Assembly (NCBI RefSeq): GCF_036321535.1
Contig: NC_087456.1
Span: 36,580,001-36,644,000 of the forward strand
Reading direction: 5' to 3'
Source of the DNA: Camelus dromedarius
Lineage: Eukaryota
Length of the DNA stretch: 64,000 nucleotides
The translations under genes were made by a program, and so were the position numbers. A model generated the notes under the pieces. That model was not told the origin of the DNA and made no database searches. It saw only the letters and a list, made by a program, of their open reading frames with translations. Of this stretch, positions 13,541-25,792 are shown piece by piece. Numbering within the stretch: position 1 is the first letter of the stretch; every line of letters starts with the position of its first letter.

Positions 13541-14456
13541 AAAGTCAAAACGTGCAGTCAGCTTTGTCACCTTTCCACATACAGGAGGAAAAGGGTGGAT
13601 GATCATGGGAAACTGAAAGCTGCTTTCTTCTCAGCAAGTCAATGCTTTAACAACTGTACTGCAAAGAAATTTCCATACCCAATTTTACTGAAAATAGAGT
13701 AAGAATATTAAAAGAAAGAGGGCCAGGGGCTAGCAGGGCCCGGGGCCGGGGGAGCAGGAGCCACTGTGCAGCGGTTCGGAGGCTGAGTCAAGCAAAGAGA
13801 AAGTTCCGGAGATGGAACACGGTGATGGCTGCACAACGGCGCGCATATGCTTAACACCACTGGACTGTCGTTCAAAATGGCTAAGAAGGTGAACTTTATG
13901 TTAGTATATTGTATAACTTAAAAAAAAAGAGGGCAAATGAAGTTCAGACTTTTTCAAAAGGTGACAAAGCGGATCCGTCCGGCCCGCCGAGTCGTTCCTG
14001 AGCCCCTGCCGGCCCTCCCTGCCCACCCAGCCCTGCTGCTCCTCCTCCGGGACGTTTCTCCCGACTCAGACGCGGACGCTCACGGCGCCTCAACAGCCCG
14101 CAAGCCGCACCTGCAGGCTGGGCCCTGCCCCTCGGCTCCGCTCTCCACACCCGGCACGGCGGCCCCTCTGGAGATGGGATTCTGATCATGTCTGTCTCAC
14201 GTCTGCCTAAAACTCTGTAATCATCCATATCCTCTAAGATGCAGGGCTCTGTCTGTCTGTCTGTCCCGAGAGAGGATGGGTTCCTCCAGTGCAGGAGCTA
14301 AGTCCCCAGTGCCCTCTTCAGCCCGAGCACCTGGTACAGGGGCAGGTACACAGCACCTGCTCAGGAAACGTGCGCCGGGTGAACGAACGCGGGGAGATCC
14401 TGACCCCGGCGCCCTCTCCCACATGCTCACTGCTCCACGCCAGCGATAATACTTAC

Positions 14457-14617
14457 TGTCCTCTCTGGGCCGCAAGCAAGTCGTTTTTTGCAAATTCAAA
14501 GTCTTTTGCACCCTTGCTCATAAGAGTTTCTCTACCGGATGGTCTGTCCCCTTTCTGGACTCCTCCTGGGTGATTAAATCTAAAATAGTGATCGCCACCA
14601 AGAATCACCCGATCACC
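14457..14617 (-). CDS. KIF14: KIF14 exon 16 (GDRVILGGDHYFRFNHP...DFEFAKNDLLAAQRGQ)
   Basis: gtgctttag| ... CA|GTAAGT; 161 nt. Confidence 0.95.
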
Positions 14618-15407
14618 CTAAAGCACACAAAAAATGCACGACTTGAGGTGAGTCTGAACCAGAACTTGCACGGGACAAATCCCTACGCCCAGGAGTGAGC
14701 ATGACCTAGTGCCACTAATGACAGGCCTACGGGCCAGCAGCTAGCACTTAGTAGGAGCTCCATCAAACACGCCGCCTCCCTGGCGGCTCACAGCCACGCA
14801 GTGGGACGTGTGTTATTACCCCAGTTTTAGGAACGAGGAAACTAGATCAAGCACAGAGCTTAGCAGTAACAGTAATACATAAGCACCTGCTGAACTTACT
14901 ATCTGCAGACACTCTGTTAAGAACTTTCTGGATTCTTTCATGTCCTCCTCTCTCACCACTCCCTGAGAGACAGGACGCACATGAAGTGACCATATGTCCT
15001 GCTCTGCCTGCAACAGAATGGCTTACACCTGTTCTCCTAATGTAGTTATTATAAAAAATGCTCTCAGAAGTGTCCTGACGTGTGACACAAAATCGCCCTC
15101 ACATCGTAACTTTTCAGAGGTCACACAGCAAATGGCAGGGCCCGGGCTTCAACCCGGTCTGGCCTGGTTCCGAAGACCCGCTCTTACCGGACACGTGGGC
15201 AGCCTCCTGGCACCGGCTGGCCGCGAGAGGGCCTGGGTCTCTGCCCAAAGGGAGGCGACTGGTGAGATGCCAGGACAGAGGCCACAGGAGCTGCAAAGCC
15301 CTGCATCTGGTTCACTATGAACCTTACAGAGGAGACCCTGGCTCAAAAAAATTAAACTCCGTCCCCAAAGTCAAGAAATTTCTCACACTTAGCAGCAGCC
15401 AACTTAC

Positions 15408-15510
15408 ATGATGTAACACCGTGGGTTCCAAAATGAGTTTCCCATTGATGTACGTCTTTGCTTCGCCCACCGGGGTGATGCTCACGGTGCCATCAACATT
15501 GCTGATGGTG
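15408..15510 (-). CDS. KIF14: KIF14 exon 15 (TISNVDGTVSITPVGEAKTYINGKLILEPTVLHH)
   Basis: cttcacag| ... CAT|GTAAGT; 103 nt. Confidence 0.95.
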
Positions 15511-17600
15511 CTGTGAAGACAGGGGCACACTTACAGCTGCAGCACGGACGAGCAGAAATGGACAGTCCGCCCCGGCTCCTCCTTGGTGTAAGGTCCACAT
15601 CAATCCATGACGACACCTGAAAGTTCTCTTATTTTCCTACAGCTAGATTTTGAACTTTTGGTGAAAAAGCCTGGCGATCCACCAGTGGTGGGAAGAATTT
15701 CCATTGTCTGTATTCTGATTATAATTACTTAAAAAAAAAACCCTCCCCTCACCCCAAAAGAAAAAAATTAAAGGAAAAAACATTAAACTATTGGCAGTGG
15801 TTTACTTATGAATGAAACAGTGTCAGGCGTCATTTTTTACTTTTCTGACTCCTGGCTTTATATACGAGCTCTAACAATGGCGCACGCAGTGTTGTCCTCG
15901 GGCAAGAACTGGGGCAGCACAGAAGGCGAAGCGCGGAGGTGAGAGCACACCCCTGGGTCACCCGCTCAGCTGGACCCCGCGCGTGAGACGCTCCTGTGGA
16001 GAATCAGCCTTAAATGCTACAGATCCCTTTGAGTCTTTTTATTCAGAAAACAGGAAAGCAACTCCAAAGTCCAGCTCATCTTTGGATTAACTGGATAGAA
16101 AGAAAGAGCAAACTGCAGCAAAAGCCGAGTCCCCAACAAAAGCCTCTCGCTCTAGACTAGGCTCCGAGAGCCGCGGGGAAGACCCAGAGCTCAGCGCGAG
16201 CATCCAGACAAGGGAACCCGGGGCGAGCGGCGCAGCTCCCTCCCACCAGGCGTGTCCTAGCCAGGGAGGGTGAGACATCGCAGGTCTGTTCAGAAGCCTC
16301 CTCCCTCCTGGTCTGCCAACTCTGCCATCAAAAGCCCGTGGCGTTCTCTAGCATTCTGGATACCCCCAATCTGGCTTTAGCCACCAAGCCCCTTACCCAC
16401 CACCGTCTCCCCTTAAGAGCCCCAGCTGGATCTGCCTGTCCGCTTCTCTCCTCCACCTGAGTCCTCCATCAACATAAGACATCTCTCCAGGCCCAACAAA
16501 CGCCAGACTCCAAGCAGCTTTTCTTTAGGGCACAAGCTAGACCTGAACTTCCCCTCTTTCTTTACTTTACCAGCTAAAATGGCCAATGAATATATGACGA
16601 CCATTAGTCAAAGAAATGCAAAACACATCCACGCCGAGATACCATCTCCCGTCCAGCCGAGCAGCGCAAAGTCCGGCAGGACCAGGTGCCGGCAGGGATG
16701 CGGAGCAGCAGGTGCCCCCAGCGCCACCGGCAGCAGAACCGACAGCCACCCTGGAGACGCAGCGCAGCTGCCTCGCAGAGGTGGACGCACACGTCCTGTT
16801 GCGCAGCCCGATGCCACTCATCTCTGAGACGCACGACTGACGGTGCGTCCCAAATTTTAAGGTGACTTTACCACAGGGTGGGGACTCATCACACTCACAC
16901 AGCACGCTGGGGAGACAGGGGCCTGGCGCCCGGTTCCCACCGGCTGCCCTGAGGGCACGTCTGAGCTCCTCACGCGGGAAGTTTGCTCCTGAGAAGCCCC
17001 TCCCGTTTGCACCAGGAGAGGAGACGCCAACAAGAGGACTCAGAGCAGCGGGGTGGGCAAAACACGAGAAACCGCCCGAATGTCTACCGTGAAGTAGGCG
17101 ACAAAGCAGACAAGTGAATTCACACGGCAGAGCTCCTCACAGCAGTGGGACCGGACAGCATCGACACAGGTAAGCCCTGAAAACACACCACGGAGCCGAA
17201 GAGGTTTACACACACTACCATCCCAGCAATGCATACAGTCTGGCTCAATTCCTGTGAATGAAACTTCTTAATCTGTCCGTCCAGCCAGAGCTCCTGCCAC
17301 ACATGGTGAACAGAAGCTCCGTTTCATGCCTATGATTGTGACTCCAAGGAGAGACACTGTCCCTCAGCCAACGGTCACGGCCAGAGCGTGACTGCTTCAC
17401 AACCTCGCGTTCAGAGTAACGGACCTGCCTTCCTTACCAGACAGCCACCCCGTCGGTTTCTCGTGGCTGAAACATGCATTTGAAGGGTTATACCAAACAA
17501 TCCGTACAAATGAATGCCTCGTGTGAAGGAAACCGAAGTTACCCAGACCTGGAAACCTGCTGAAAAGTGAACAGGTGCCTCTCTGAGACGATGAACGTAC

Positions 17601-17785
17601 CAGTGGTCCTCGGCAATCAGCACCCCCGCTAGCTGAATGTCATGGCTGGAGCTGGGTCTGCGCTTCCCGACCGTGGTCGTCCCCTCCTTGAGCATGTACA
17701 GCAGGATCTCCGACAGCTGAGGGTCTTCATTCAGGTTGACCAGGTTTGGCAGATGGTTGTCCATTTGAAACGTAATGCCTGCTTT
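17601..17785 (-). CDS. KIF14: KIF14 exon 14 (KAGITFQMDNHLPNLVNLNEDPQLSE...LIAEDH; start of FHA)
   Basis: acttctag| ... TG|GTACGT; 185 nt. Confidence 0.95.
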
Positions 17786-17989
17786 CTAGAAGTAATCAGA
17801 AAAGCAGTTAACCTGAATTACAGGCACGGATTGTTAAATCCACATGAAGTGAATGGTCCGCGCCAAATGCTAAAATCACCCGCCGTGTGGGCGACCACCA
17901 CACTTCCTCAGGCTCCAGGGCTGTGCTGACCCTGGCCCCGCACAAACCGCCCGGCATCCCCGCAGTGTGCCTGTGCTGGGCGTTGCCGT

Positions 17990-18860
17990 CTCCACAGCGG
18001 AGGGGCTCCTCCGGCCATGTCACCTGGCTTCTCTCACCACTACACAGTGCACACCTCTCAGGAACCTGGCATCACTCCCACCTCTTCCATCTGTGTCTCC
18101 ACATACACATCAAAAAACAAAACCTCTCGAGCCTGTCAGCTTCACCTCCTCTCTACCCTGGAGTCCAGCTCCTCCACAGGCCACTCTCATCTCTCCCCGT
18201 AACCACAGCCCCCCCAAGAGCGCAACGTTCCCAGCCAGAGTCTTTCCTCCCCTAATTCCACCTTTCACACCTTCTCCAGAGGAGTCCACTCAGACAAAGT
18301 CTCCTCCTGTCCCTCTCCTTCCACTGAAAACCCTTTGGTGGCCCCAATCCCCTAAATCCACACCCTCGCTTCGTCACAATCCAAATGTCACATCTCTGTC
18401 CAGTCTGATCTCTGTCGCCCGCACTCACTGAGCACTTCCCAATTCTCTGGACGTCAGGCAGTGTCGTGCCTTCGTGCTTTTAAACGTGGTATTTCCCTGC
18501 CTAGAAATGCCGGCTTTGGTAGCCTGGCAGGTCCCACACAGCGTACAAAACCCCGCTAGACCCTTCCCTCTGATGTCCTCCCAGGGACCACCCATCGAAA
18601 GGGGTCACTCCTCCCGCCTCTTGCTTCTCCACCCACTGCCCACGTCCCGCCGCGTTAGGCTGAACTGGGAGACGCCGCCAGTGTGCACCCGCCGAGCGCC
18701 CAGCAGACGGCAGCGGCACAGGCTTCACCTAGCCAGTCCCGCAGGATCCGGGCACGTGCTCAGGTTTTGTAAGCCTGCCTCTGGACCTCAAGCTCTCTGA
18801 GGCCAAAACCGCACCGCTTTCGCCTTGGCCTCCCCCACACCTGGCGCAGCGAAAACGTTT
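17990..18860 (+). mobile_element. Degenerate L2 fragment
   Basis: C/T-rich L2-like body ending with ...atatttgttgaaccaac. Confidence 0.5.
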
Positions 18861-19097
18861 AATATTTGTTGAACCAACATGAAGGGAGCGAGACAGTTCG
18901 CTTATATTTTAACTTTCCGACCAGCTTGCAGGCGCTAGGCTGCCACAGCCGTGGTCTCACAGCTCCTGCACACCAGCCCCTCCACGGCAGCGCTCTGGGC
19001 AGTCAGTGCGCAGCAAGTGCTGGAGAGACTCCATCTGCACGTTTACCGGCAGGTCTCTTCCAAATTTTCAGATCAGTTTAGGGAGTTGAAAGGATAC

Positions 19098-19161
19098 CTG
19101 TAACTCCTTTGTTACTTGAAGTTTTCTTTTTTCAGCTTGCTCAAATTTTTCTTTCCACATT
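19098..19161 (-). CDS. KIF14: KIF14 exon 13 (MWKEKFEQAEKRKLQVTKELQ)
   Basis: tctttggaaag| ... CAG|GTATCCTTT; 64 nt. Confidence 0.93.
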
Positions 19162-19391
19162 CTTTCCAAAGACAAACAAAATAGCAGAGTTAAAAACATC
19201 CAGACGTGTAAGACTGAGAATCAAGACACAGTCAGTAAAGATCAGGACACCACTTAGGAACATCTAAAATGTAAGCGTCCGGGGACGCGCTGTTCACACG
19301 AAGGCAGGGAGAAAGGCGGACACGCTCGCCTCCTCAGCCCACCCCCAGCCCGGCCGCGCCCCTGCCACCGGCCGCGCCGGCCAGAGCCCAC

Positions 19392-19539
19392 CTCTGCATG
19401 TCCGCCATGTCTCTCTCCTGCTGGTGCAGCTTCATCCTTAAGGACGTTATCTCTTGCCGACAGAGCCGGTATCGCTCAGGGTCAATATTGTGACTGCTTC
19501 TTTGAGCCGCTTGCAGCTTTTCAATTTCTGCTTTCAGCT
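19392..19539 (-). CDS. KIF14: KIF14 exon 12 (ELKAEIEKLQAAQR...ERDMADMQR)
   Basis: atgtttag| ... AG|GTGGGC; 148 nt. Confidence 0.95.
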
Positions 19540-20577
19540 CTAAACATTTGTAAAAAGATGTATGATTAAATAACGTCTGATATACAGTAATTTCCACACT
19601 ACACGTAATCCTCCAATCTTCTGTTTTATTTGAAGTTTTAAATATTAATAAAACAGAGTATTTACAGAAATTTTATTTTACTTACCTATGAATCTCTACC
19701 TAGCCTGAACCTGAAAAATTGCTCCTGTATTAATGAATTCTCCTCCTTCGTAAACAGGATGGCGGTGTAACAAACTGTCCAAAGTGGGACACTTCTGAGA
19801 AGGGAAGCGGGCAGTGCTGATTACACTGGCCTGACAGACGTGAACCAGAGCCTTTCCGGGCAAACCACACTCATAAGGACACGTTGCACAAAGATCAGAG
19901 ATGTTTCAAGTGCGGTTCAGAATACTTATTTTTAATGAAAATGGTCCCATTTGTAAGAGAGAGGGGATTCAGAGGGAAAGATGGACCATGGTATGGGAAG
20001 CTCGCTTCTCTCTGGCCTGCACCCCTAAAGGACCGATTCACCTTCTGCTGCTAAAAAGGCCAGAGGACAGAGGGGTGTGGAAAATGCTCCCCATAAGCAG
20101 AGAAAGCGGACAAGCCGAGGCTCCTTGCGGGCGCTGAGTCCATCCTAAGCAGGCGGTGAGCAGAAGGGAGCACTGCGCATGAAGACGCAGGACTGCGCTG
20201 GAACCCGGGCTCAAACAGCCTTCAGACCAGTGAATGAAGACAAGCAGGCGAAGGAGAGGCCACAGAGGACAGGACACAACACCAGGGTCTCAGCGGCTGC
20301 GGTCCCCGTGCGGACGGCTCGGCCGGGACACAGCGCTCGGTGCTGGCGGTTCCCCTCCCATTTCTACACCCTTTCTGACTGTTCTCCCCTCACTGTTCAC
20401 TCTCTGTCCCTCTGTCCCCACGTCTGTCTTCCTGAGTCAGGCAGTGTGGCTGGAACCTACCATAAACAGGCAGGACAGAGGAGTCTTGAGCCTTCCTTAA
20501 TGGCTTGTTTTCACGACTGAAATTAACCTCTGAGACGAAACCCCTGCAAAGTAAGTTCACGCCGCGGCGACTCTCAC

Positions 20578-20750
20578 CTCTGATGAGCCTGGCGCTCACG
20601 TCCTCGTTGACTCGGGCCACATTGACTATGGCGCGGGCCTGGGTGGCGTACCTCAGCGCGCCCAGCGTCTCCTCCACGCTGCTGGCCGCCGGGCTCACGG
20701 TGGCCACCATGGCGGTTTTCGAGTTTCCACTCAGACTCTCTTTCAGCAGC
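20578..20750 (-). CDS. KIF14: KIF14 exon 11 ([57 protein letters not shown])
   Basis: ccttgaag| ... G|GTGAGA; 173 nt. Confidence 0.95.
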
Positions 20751-21860
20751 CTTCAAGGAAGCAAAGCCATAGTCACACTCTGCTTCTCCAACAGCCTGGT
20801 AACAGTCATCATCTAGAAACACGCAGCAAGCTAACGGGACGTGATACAGCACTGCGGTCTCCACTCCAGAACCAGTTAGAATTTTTTGGTATTTGCAGCT
20901 ATTTTTAGATCTTGTGAGCACTTTATTTTCTCTCACACTTTTTATATTGTTTTGTGATTTTAAAATATGGTTAATTATCAAATATTTAGCAAAATTCCTC
21001 TCCCCATGCTAGACTGGGAGCTACTCTAGGAGAGGGACCGTGTCTGGTCACCCACATTTCCCGTGCTGCCACAACATTTAAGGCAGCTGCTCAGTAAGGG
21101 TTGGAAACAATGAATGAATGTATAAATACAAACTTTGTTTTCTATGATATTGCAAAAGCCTTATTTTAGAGGAAAAAAGAGTATGAGACTAAAAACCCTA
21201 TCTTTATTAATGCAGAATGAATTATTCTTAACTTTCAAAAGGAATTAAAAAAATCAAGATTTTCCTCTTGTGGGCTTTGGGGTGGCGATTACAGCATCCT
21301 ACGTCAGAGGTGAGGGTGCACCGCTGTCACGTTGGGATGCGGTCCTTGCCAGGAGAGCATACGAAATCTACACAGCGCAATCCGAATGTAGCGTGTCTGA
21401 GGCTAAACACGTATTCATTAATGAGACACTTTTTGGACACTTACCTGCCGGCCAGCGCGTGTTAAGCAGTGAGACCACCCGATTTCACTTTACACCCACA
21501 GCGACGTGCTTGGCGACACCAGAGGTGCGCAGGCACCAGCGACCGGGCACAGTAAGCATAACCATCACTGACACTCACACAGCACACACTGCGCATCACG
21601 TGACCCTCGCCTTCTCCAGGAGACACAGACACCGATCTTCCCCGTGTTACAGACGAGGAGGCAGGCGGGAGTGCCACCAGGTGATCTGCCCAAAGTCACA
21701 CAGCCTGCAGGAAGCTCGGCTGACCAACCCCAGCAGCCTGGCTCTAGAACTCATGCGCTCGCCACTCCTCTCTGCCCAGAGTCACGGGAGGTCACCTATG
21801 CTCTTTCCCCACAGCGCTCACTGGATTCCATACAATCCTTCATGCTTCAAAGCTACTTGC

Positions 21861-21976
21861 CATGTAAGAACAGACTCGCGATAAGGAATGAAAACTCTCT
21901 TTCCATGGGCTCGCTCCGAGAGGGCAGATATGACCTTGCCCAGGGTCAGCAGGGACTTGTTAATACTCACGCCCTC
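21861..21976 (-). CDS. KIF14: KIF14 exon 10 ([39 protein letters not shown])
   Basis: cacccacag| ... TG|GCAAGT (GC donor); 116 nt; the TG joins the G of exon 11 to make Trp. Confidence 0.93.
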
Positions 21977-22289
21977 CTGTGGGTGAGAGAAAACACTTTA
22001 AAGTAACTGCTCAGTAATAAACTTATTTCACAAATATACTTCTTCCCTCATACAATCACTGAGTGAATACTGTCCTCCATAAACTGCCAACTTGCTTAGG
22101 ACTTAAAATCCACTAATTTTCTTCAAAAAGCAGTCATAGCCAAGAACCACAGATCGCTCTTTGACCCACAGCAACACAGTCACAAGGTGCAGGGGAAGGG
22201 AGACTCTTCTTCGGTTACAGATGCTCAGCTCGGCATCGCCTAAAATGCTGCCCCGGCAATGTGTCGCCAACGTGACCACAGCCCCCGAC

Positions 22290-22406
22290 CTTCAGCCGCT
22301 CCCCGCTGGTCTGCGTCATGGGGCAGCGCTCGCTGCCCGCCAGGTCCACCAGGTTCACACGGCTCCGGACTCGGTGATCCAGCTCCTCCCCTTCCACAAA
22401 TTCCGT
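22290..22406 (-). CDS. KIF14: KIF14 exon 9 (TEFVEGEELDHRVRSRVNLVDLAGSERCPMTQTSGERLK; switch II)
   Basis: ctgctccag| ... AAG|GTCGGG; 117 nt. Confidence 0.95.
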
Positions 22407-23267
22407 CTGGAGCAGAAGATATTAAGTAAGACATCCTGAGCTCTATTCTGACCTGCCATCATATCAGTCTGCAAAACAGCTACACAAGATTACAAAGCAC
22501 TCATTTATTTTTGAAACTAATCCTTCTTAAATCTGATAATTTGTAAGGATATGTCGAGCAGGGCTTGGACTATGTCAAAATAAAAGAAATAACTTTATGG
22601 GCTAAAATTCACAACTACTCAATTATACTAAGGAAGCAGCTACAAACAGAGAAAAAGTTTAATGTACAAAGATGCTGTTTATCCCAAAAGTAAAACAGCA
22701 AAGTATTTAAAATCAACACTTATAAATGTCCAACAGCAGAGAAAAATCTGAGGAATTTTAATAGTCAGTGGAATGTTATGCAGCTATGAAAAATAATATT
22801 TTGCAAATAATTCTAATAACATAAAGTTGTTGCAGATTTTGTAAATTTGTTTAGGTGTGACTGTTAAACAACTGAAAGCCTATATACCAAAATGATTAGA
22901 GGGGCTTTGTTTGAGTAGTGGAACCTGTGGCTCAATTATTTAAAATCTTTCTTTCTGACATGTTTTTTCAAATACTGTACAACTACCATGTCTTGTTGAT
23001 ACTGCATTATCATATACTGACATGACAGTAGCACCATCATAACAAGTTAATGATCCTATGCCACTGATTCCTAAGACGGTGAGAAAAATACACTGCCATA
23101 GATGCCAAAAGCTGTTCAGAGTTACTGTGTGTACTTCCTAGAATCCAGTCAGGTGATGGATTTATGCAGCTGTGCTTTTACTTTTGATTTAAAGAACTAA
23201 TAAGGAAAACATGAAACTTGAATATATTTACTATCTCACCTAAGAAGCTGATCACGCAAAAACGCAC

Positions 23268-23375
23268 CTTGGTCTGGGTCATCACCAGGGTGAGGACCGA
23301 GTGAGAGCGGGAGCTTTTGTCGTTCATCCCGGTGGCGGCAGTGGCCTTCTTCTTGTTCCCCAGCTCCAGCCAAAC
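23268..23375 (-). CDS. KIF14: KIF14 exon 8 (VWLELGNKKKATAATGMNDKSSRSHSVLTLVMTQTK; switch I)
   Basis: ccttcctag| ... AAG|GTGCGT; 108 nt. Confidence 0.96.
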
Positions 23376-23844
23376 CTAGGAAGGAAGGGGAGGGAGGGTC
23401 AGGGCTGCAGACTGCAATTTACTGGAACAAATTAAAGAAAAACAAACATACACACATTTATAGCCAGTTTATAAAATAAAATTGCTAACAAATGTTTACT
23501 TAGTAATTTGTATTCCTTGGAGGGGTATAGACACCCCCCCAAAAAAATTGTTTTAATTGTATTCCCATTGTCTATTTTTACTTTTCTGTCACAGAAATTT
23601 GAATCACGAAATATTACCTTTAAAAGGCACTTTCCATAACTCTAAACTGACATCATGGTCAGTTTAAGTTTTTAGTTTAAAAGAGTAACTTTTGATTAAA
23701 GTGTACACAAACAAAATCAGCTCATTATAAATTAACAAAATTAACCTTTATTTATACAAACAGCAAGTAAGGAGAACTATTCTTATGAATATGTATAATT
23801 ATGCTCTATCTACTGGAAAGAAGACAAAATACAATCAGCATTAC

Positions 23845-23875
23845 CTGGACATCAGAGTAAGAACTGACAACATTC
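23845..23875 (-). CDS. KIF14: KIF14 exon 7 (NVVSSYSDVQ), 31 nt
   Basis: aaaaatag| ... CAG|GTAATG; phases fit the neighbouring exons. Confidence 0.92.
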
Positions 23876-24677
23876 CTATTTTTAAAAAGTAAAAAGACAA
23901 AATCAGTTTTAATGATGATCACACTCTTGTTCTCATAAAATAACCACCACCTGTCAATTACATAATTACTCTCTGAAGACCACAAGGGAATAATTCATAG
24001 ATACTATTATTCTGATTCTTACAGAATCTTTCATGGTCTCCATTCTAAATGGTAGGAAATAAAATAATGTTTCAATTTTACCAAATTAAAAGAAGTATGA
24101 TTTTTCTTAATGTAATGAAGCACCTTAGCATGTTAACATTGTAAAAGATACACTTTAACCCCCATGCACAGGCACAGGTGCACAGGGGTGCGGGTCTGCT
24201 GGTGTGTACGGGTCTCAGCGCAAGCCCAGACTTGCTAAATGGAGCTGAATCCATAACTGGTGACTTTCCCTTTCCATTAAGAAAAGCACTTGGAGTGTTG
24301 AAAGGCAAATAAATGACTCTCAGCATATTTCTAACTCTCAACACTGAACTCATTTAGCACCCTCTCCCCTCTTCAGCTAAAAGTAATAGATAAAAAAGCA
24401 GCTGGAGAGGGAAGGCTTAACTTACTGGGTACGCAGTGGGAGGGAGAAAGGTCACTATTTCACACTCAGGGTAATTACTGCTCTATGAGAGGCACTTTAC
24501 AGGTGCTGTGAGAGATATAAACAAATACACAGCAAGCAGCCAACACTCTATTTGAGAAGAGAAGGCTAATATTCGGGGTAGAAGACTCAGCGGGGGAGGC
24601 CACCAAGGACGGCGTGGTGCTGCTCCTGCCCCCTTACCCCGCACTGGGCCCCAGCACCCCCCCCCCGGCCCACTCAC

Positions 24678-24730
24678 GTGCTCAGGCCCTCGACGTACGG
24701 CCCCGAGGTGGGGTGCTCCCGCACTCGCAG
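24678..24730 (-). CDS. KIF14: KIF14 exon 6 (LRVREHPTSGPYVEGLS)
   Basis: ccccacag| ... AC|GTGAGT; 53 nt. Confidence 0.95.
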
Positions 24731-25641
24731 CTGTGGGGCAGACACGGCAGCAATGAGAGCAGGACAACGTCTTATAAAATGGGACTTCAGGTGGCCTTTC
24801 TCTCTGCATTTTGGGTCTAAGGTAAAGAGATCTGTCTCTACTTTGCCCAGAAGTAAATATAAAGGTTCTCAGGAGAACAGATCTGCAGGCACTAAGACGA
24901 CACTGCACGCAGCGTCAGTCTCCCCAGCCCTCCCGCTGAAGCTGTCCTTTTATGCTTGTAACAGCTTTCCAAAGTATGTTCAGTTTCAGACAGTTAACAT
25001 TTTTCTCAGGTTTGCACTGTACATTTTAAACTTTGTGACCAGAGATTTTAAAGCACACAGAAGTCACAGAAGGAAATGTCAGGCTTTGCTAAGCTTCTTG
25101 GTGCTGCCGACAGCCGACTGCGTGACCTTGTCAGCTTCTCGCTCTCCACGGTCCTTTTCAAAATTAAAAATTTAAGTTCTAATAGCAGGATTTTTTTTTA
25201 AGCTTATGCATTTGTGAAGCTTTCCATTTCACAGAAAATATTATCTATAAGACATCAATTTGTAAAATATCCCAGTGAAATACATATTCTATAATACCAA
25301 TACAGTCTTTTAAAACTTCACTGCCCTTTGGCTTTATAGACTTTTAGGAATTTGGTATTTGACATAAGTGATCCAACTAAATCTTGGAATGTTTTATCTT
25401 TAACTGTTACTTAATACTTGCTTCAGTATAATGAGGTTACATTTAATAACTAGCTTAATGTCCATTAACAATAATGTTCAGCTTATTTATAAAATAACAT
25501 CGTTAGACTGTAGGTCACAAGCATTTGCATATAATAGCATTTTTGTAAAACTTTAAGCCATATATCATCTTGAGAATTAATATAATGATGTGCATCAATA
25601 AAAACAGAAATTAAAAACAAGTATCAATTTTTTAATCTTAC

Positions 25642-25734
25642 TGTTTGCTTTCTCTGCCCATTTTCACAAATCAGAAGGTCATGAATTTTCTCATTATATA
25701 CTTCAAAGAAGCTCATTTCAAGGTGATAGCTGAC
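25642..25734 (-). CDS. KIF14: KIF14 exon 5 (VSYHLEMSFFEVYNEKIHDLLICENGQRKQT)
   Basis: Translated by hand; cctgctag| ... ACA|GTAAGA; 93 nt. Confidence 0.95.
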
Positions 25735-25792
25735 CTAGCAGGAACAGAAACAGAGCACACCATTTATTTTAAAAGTCTTTGCGTTTTTTACA

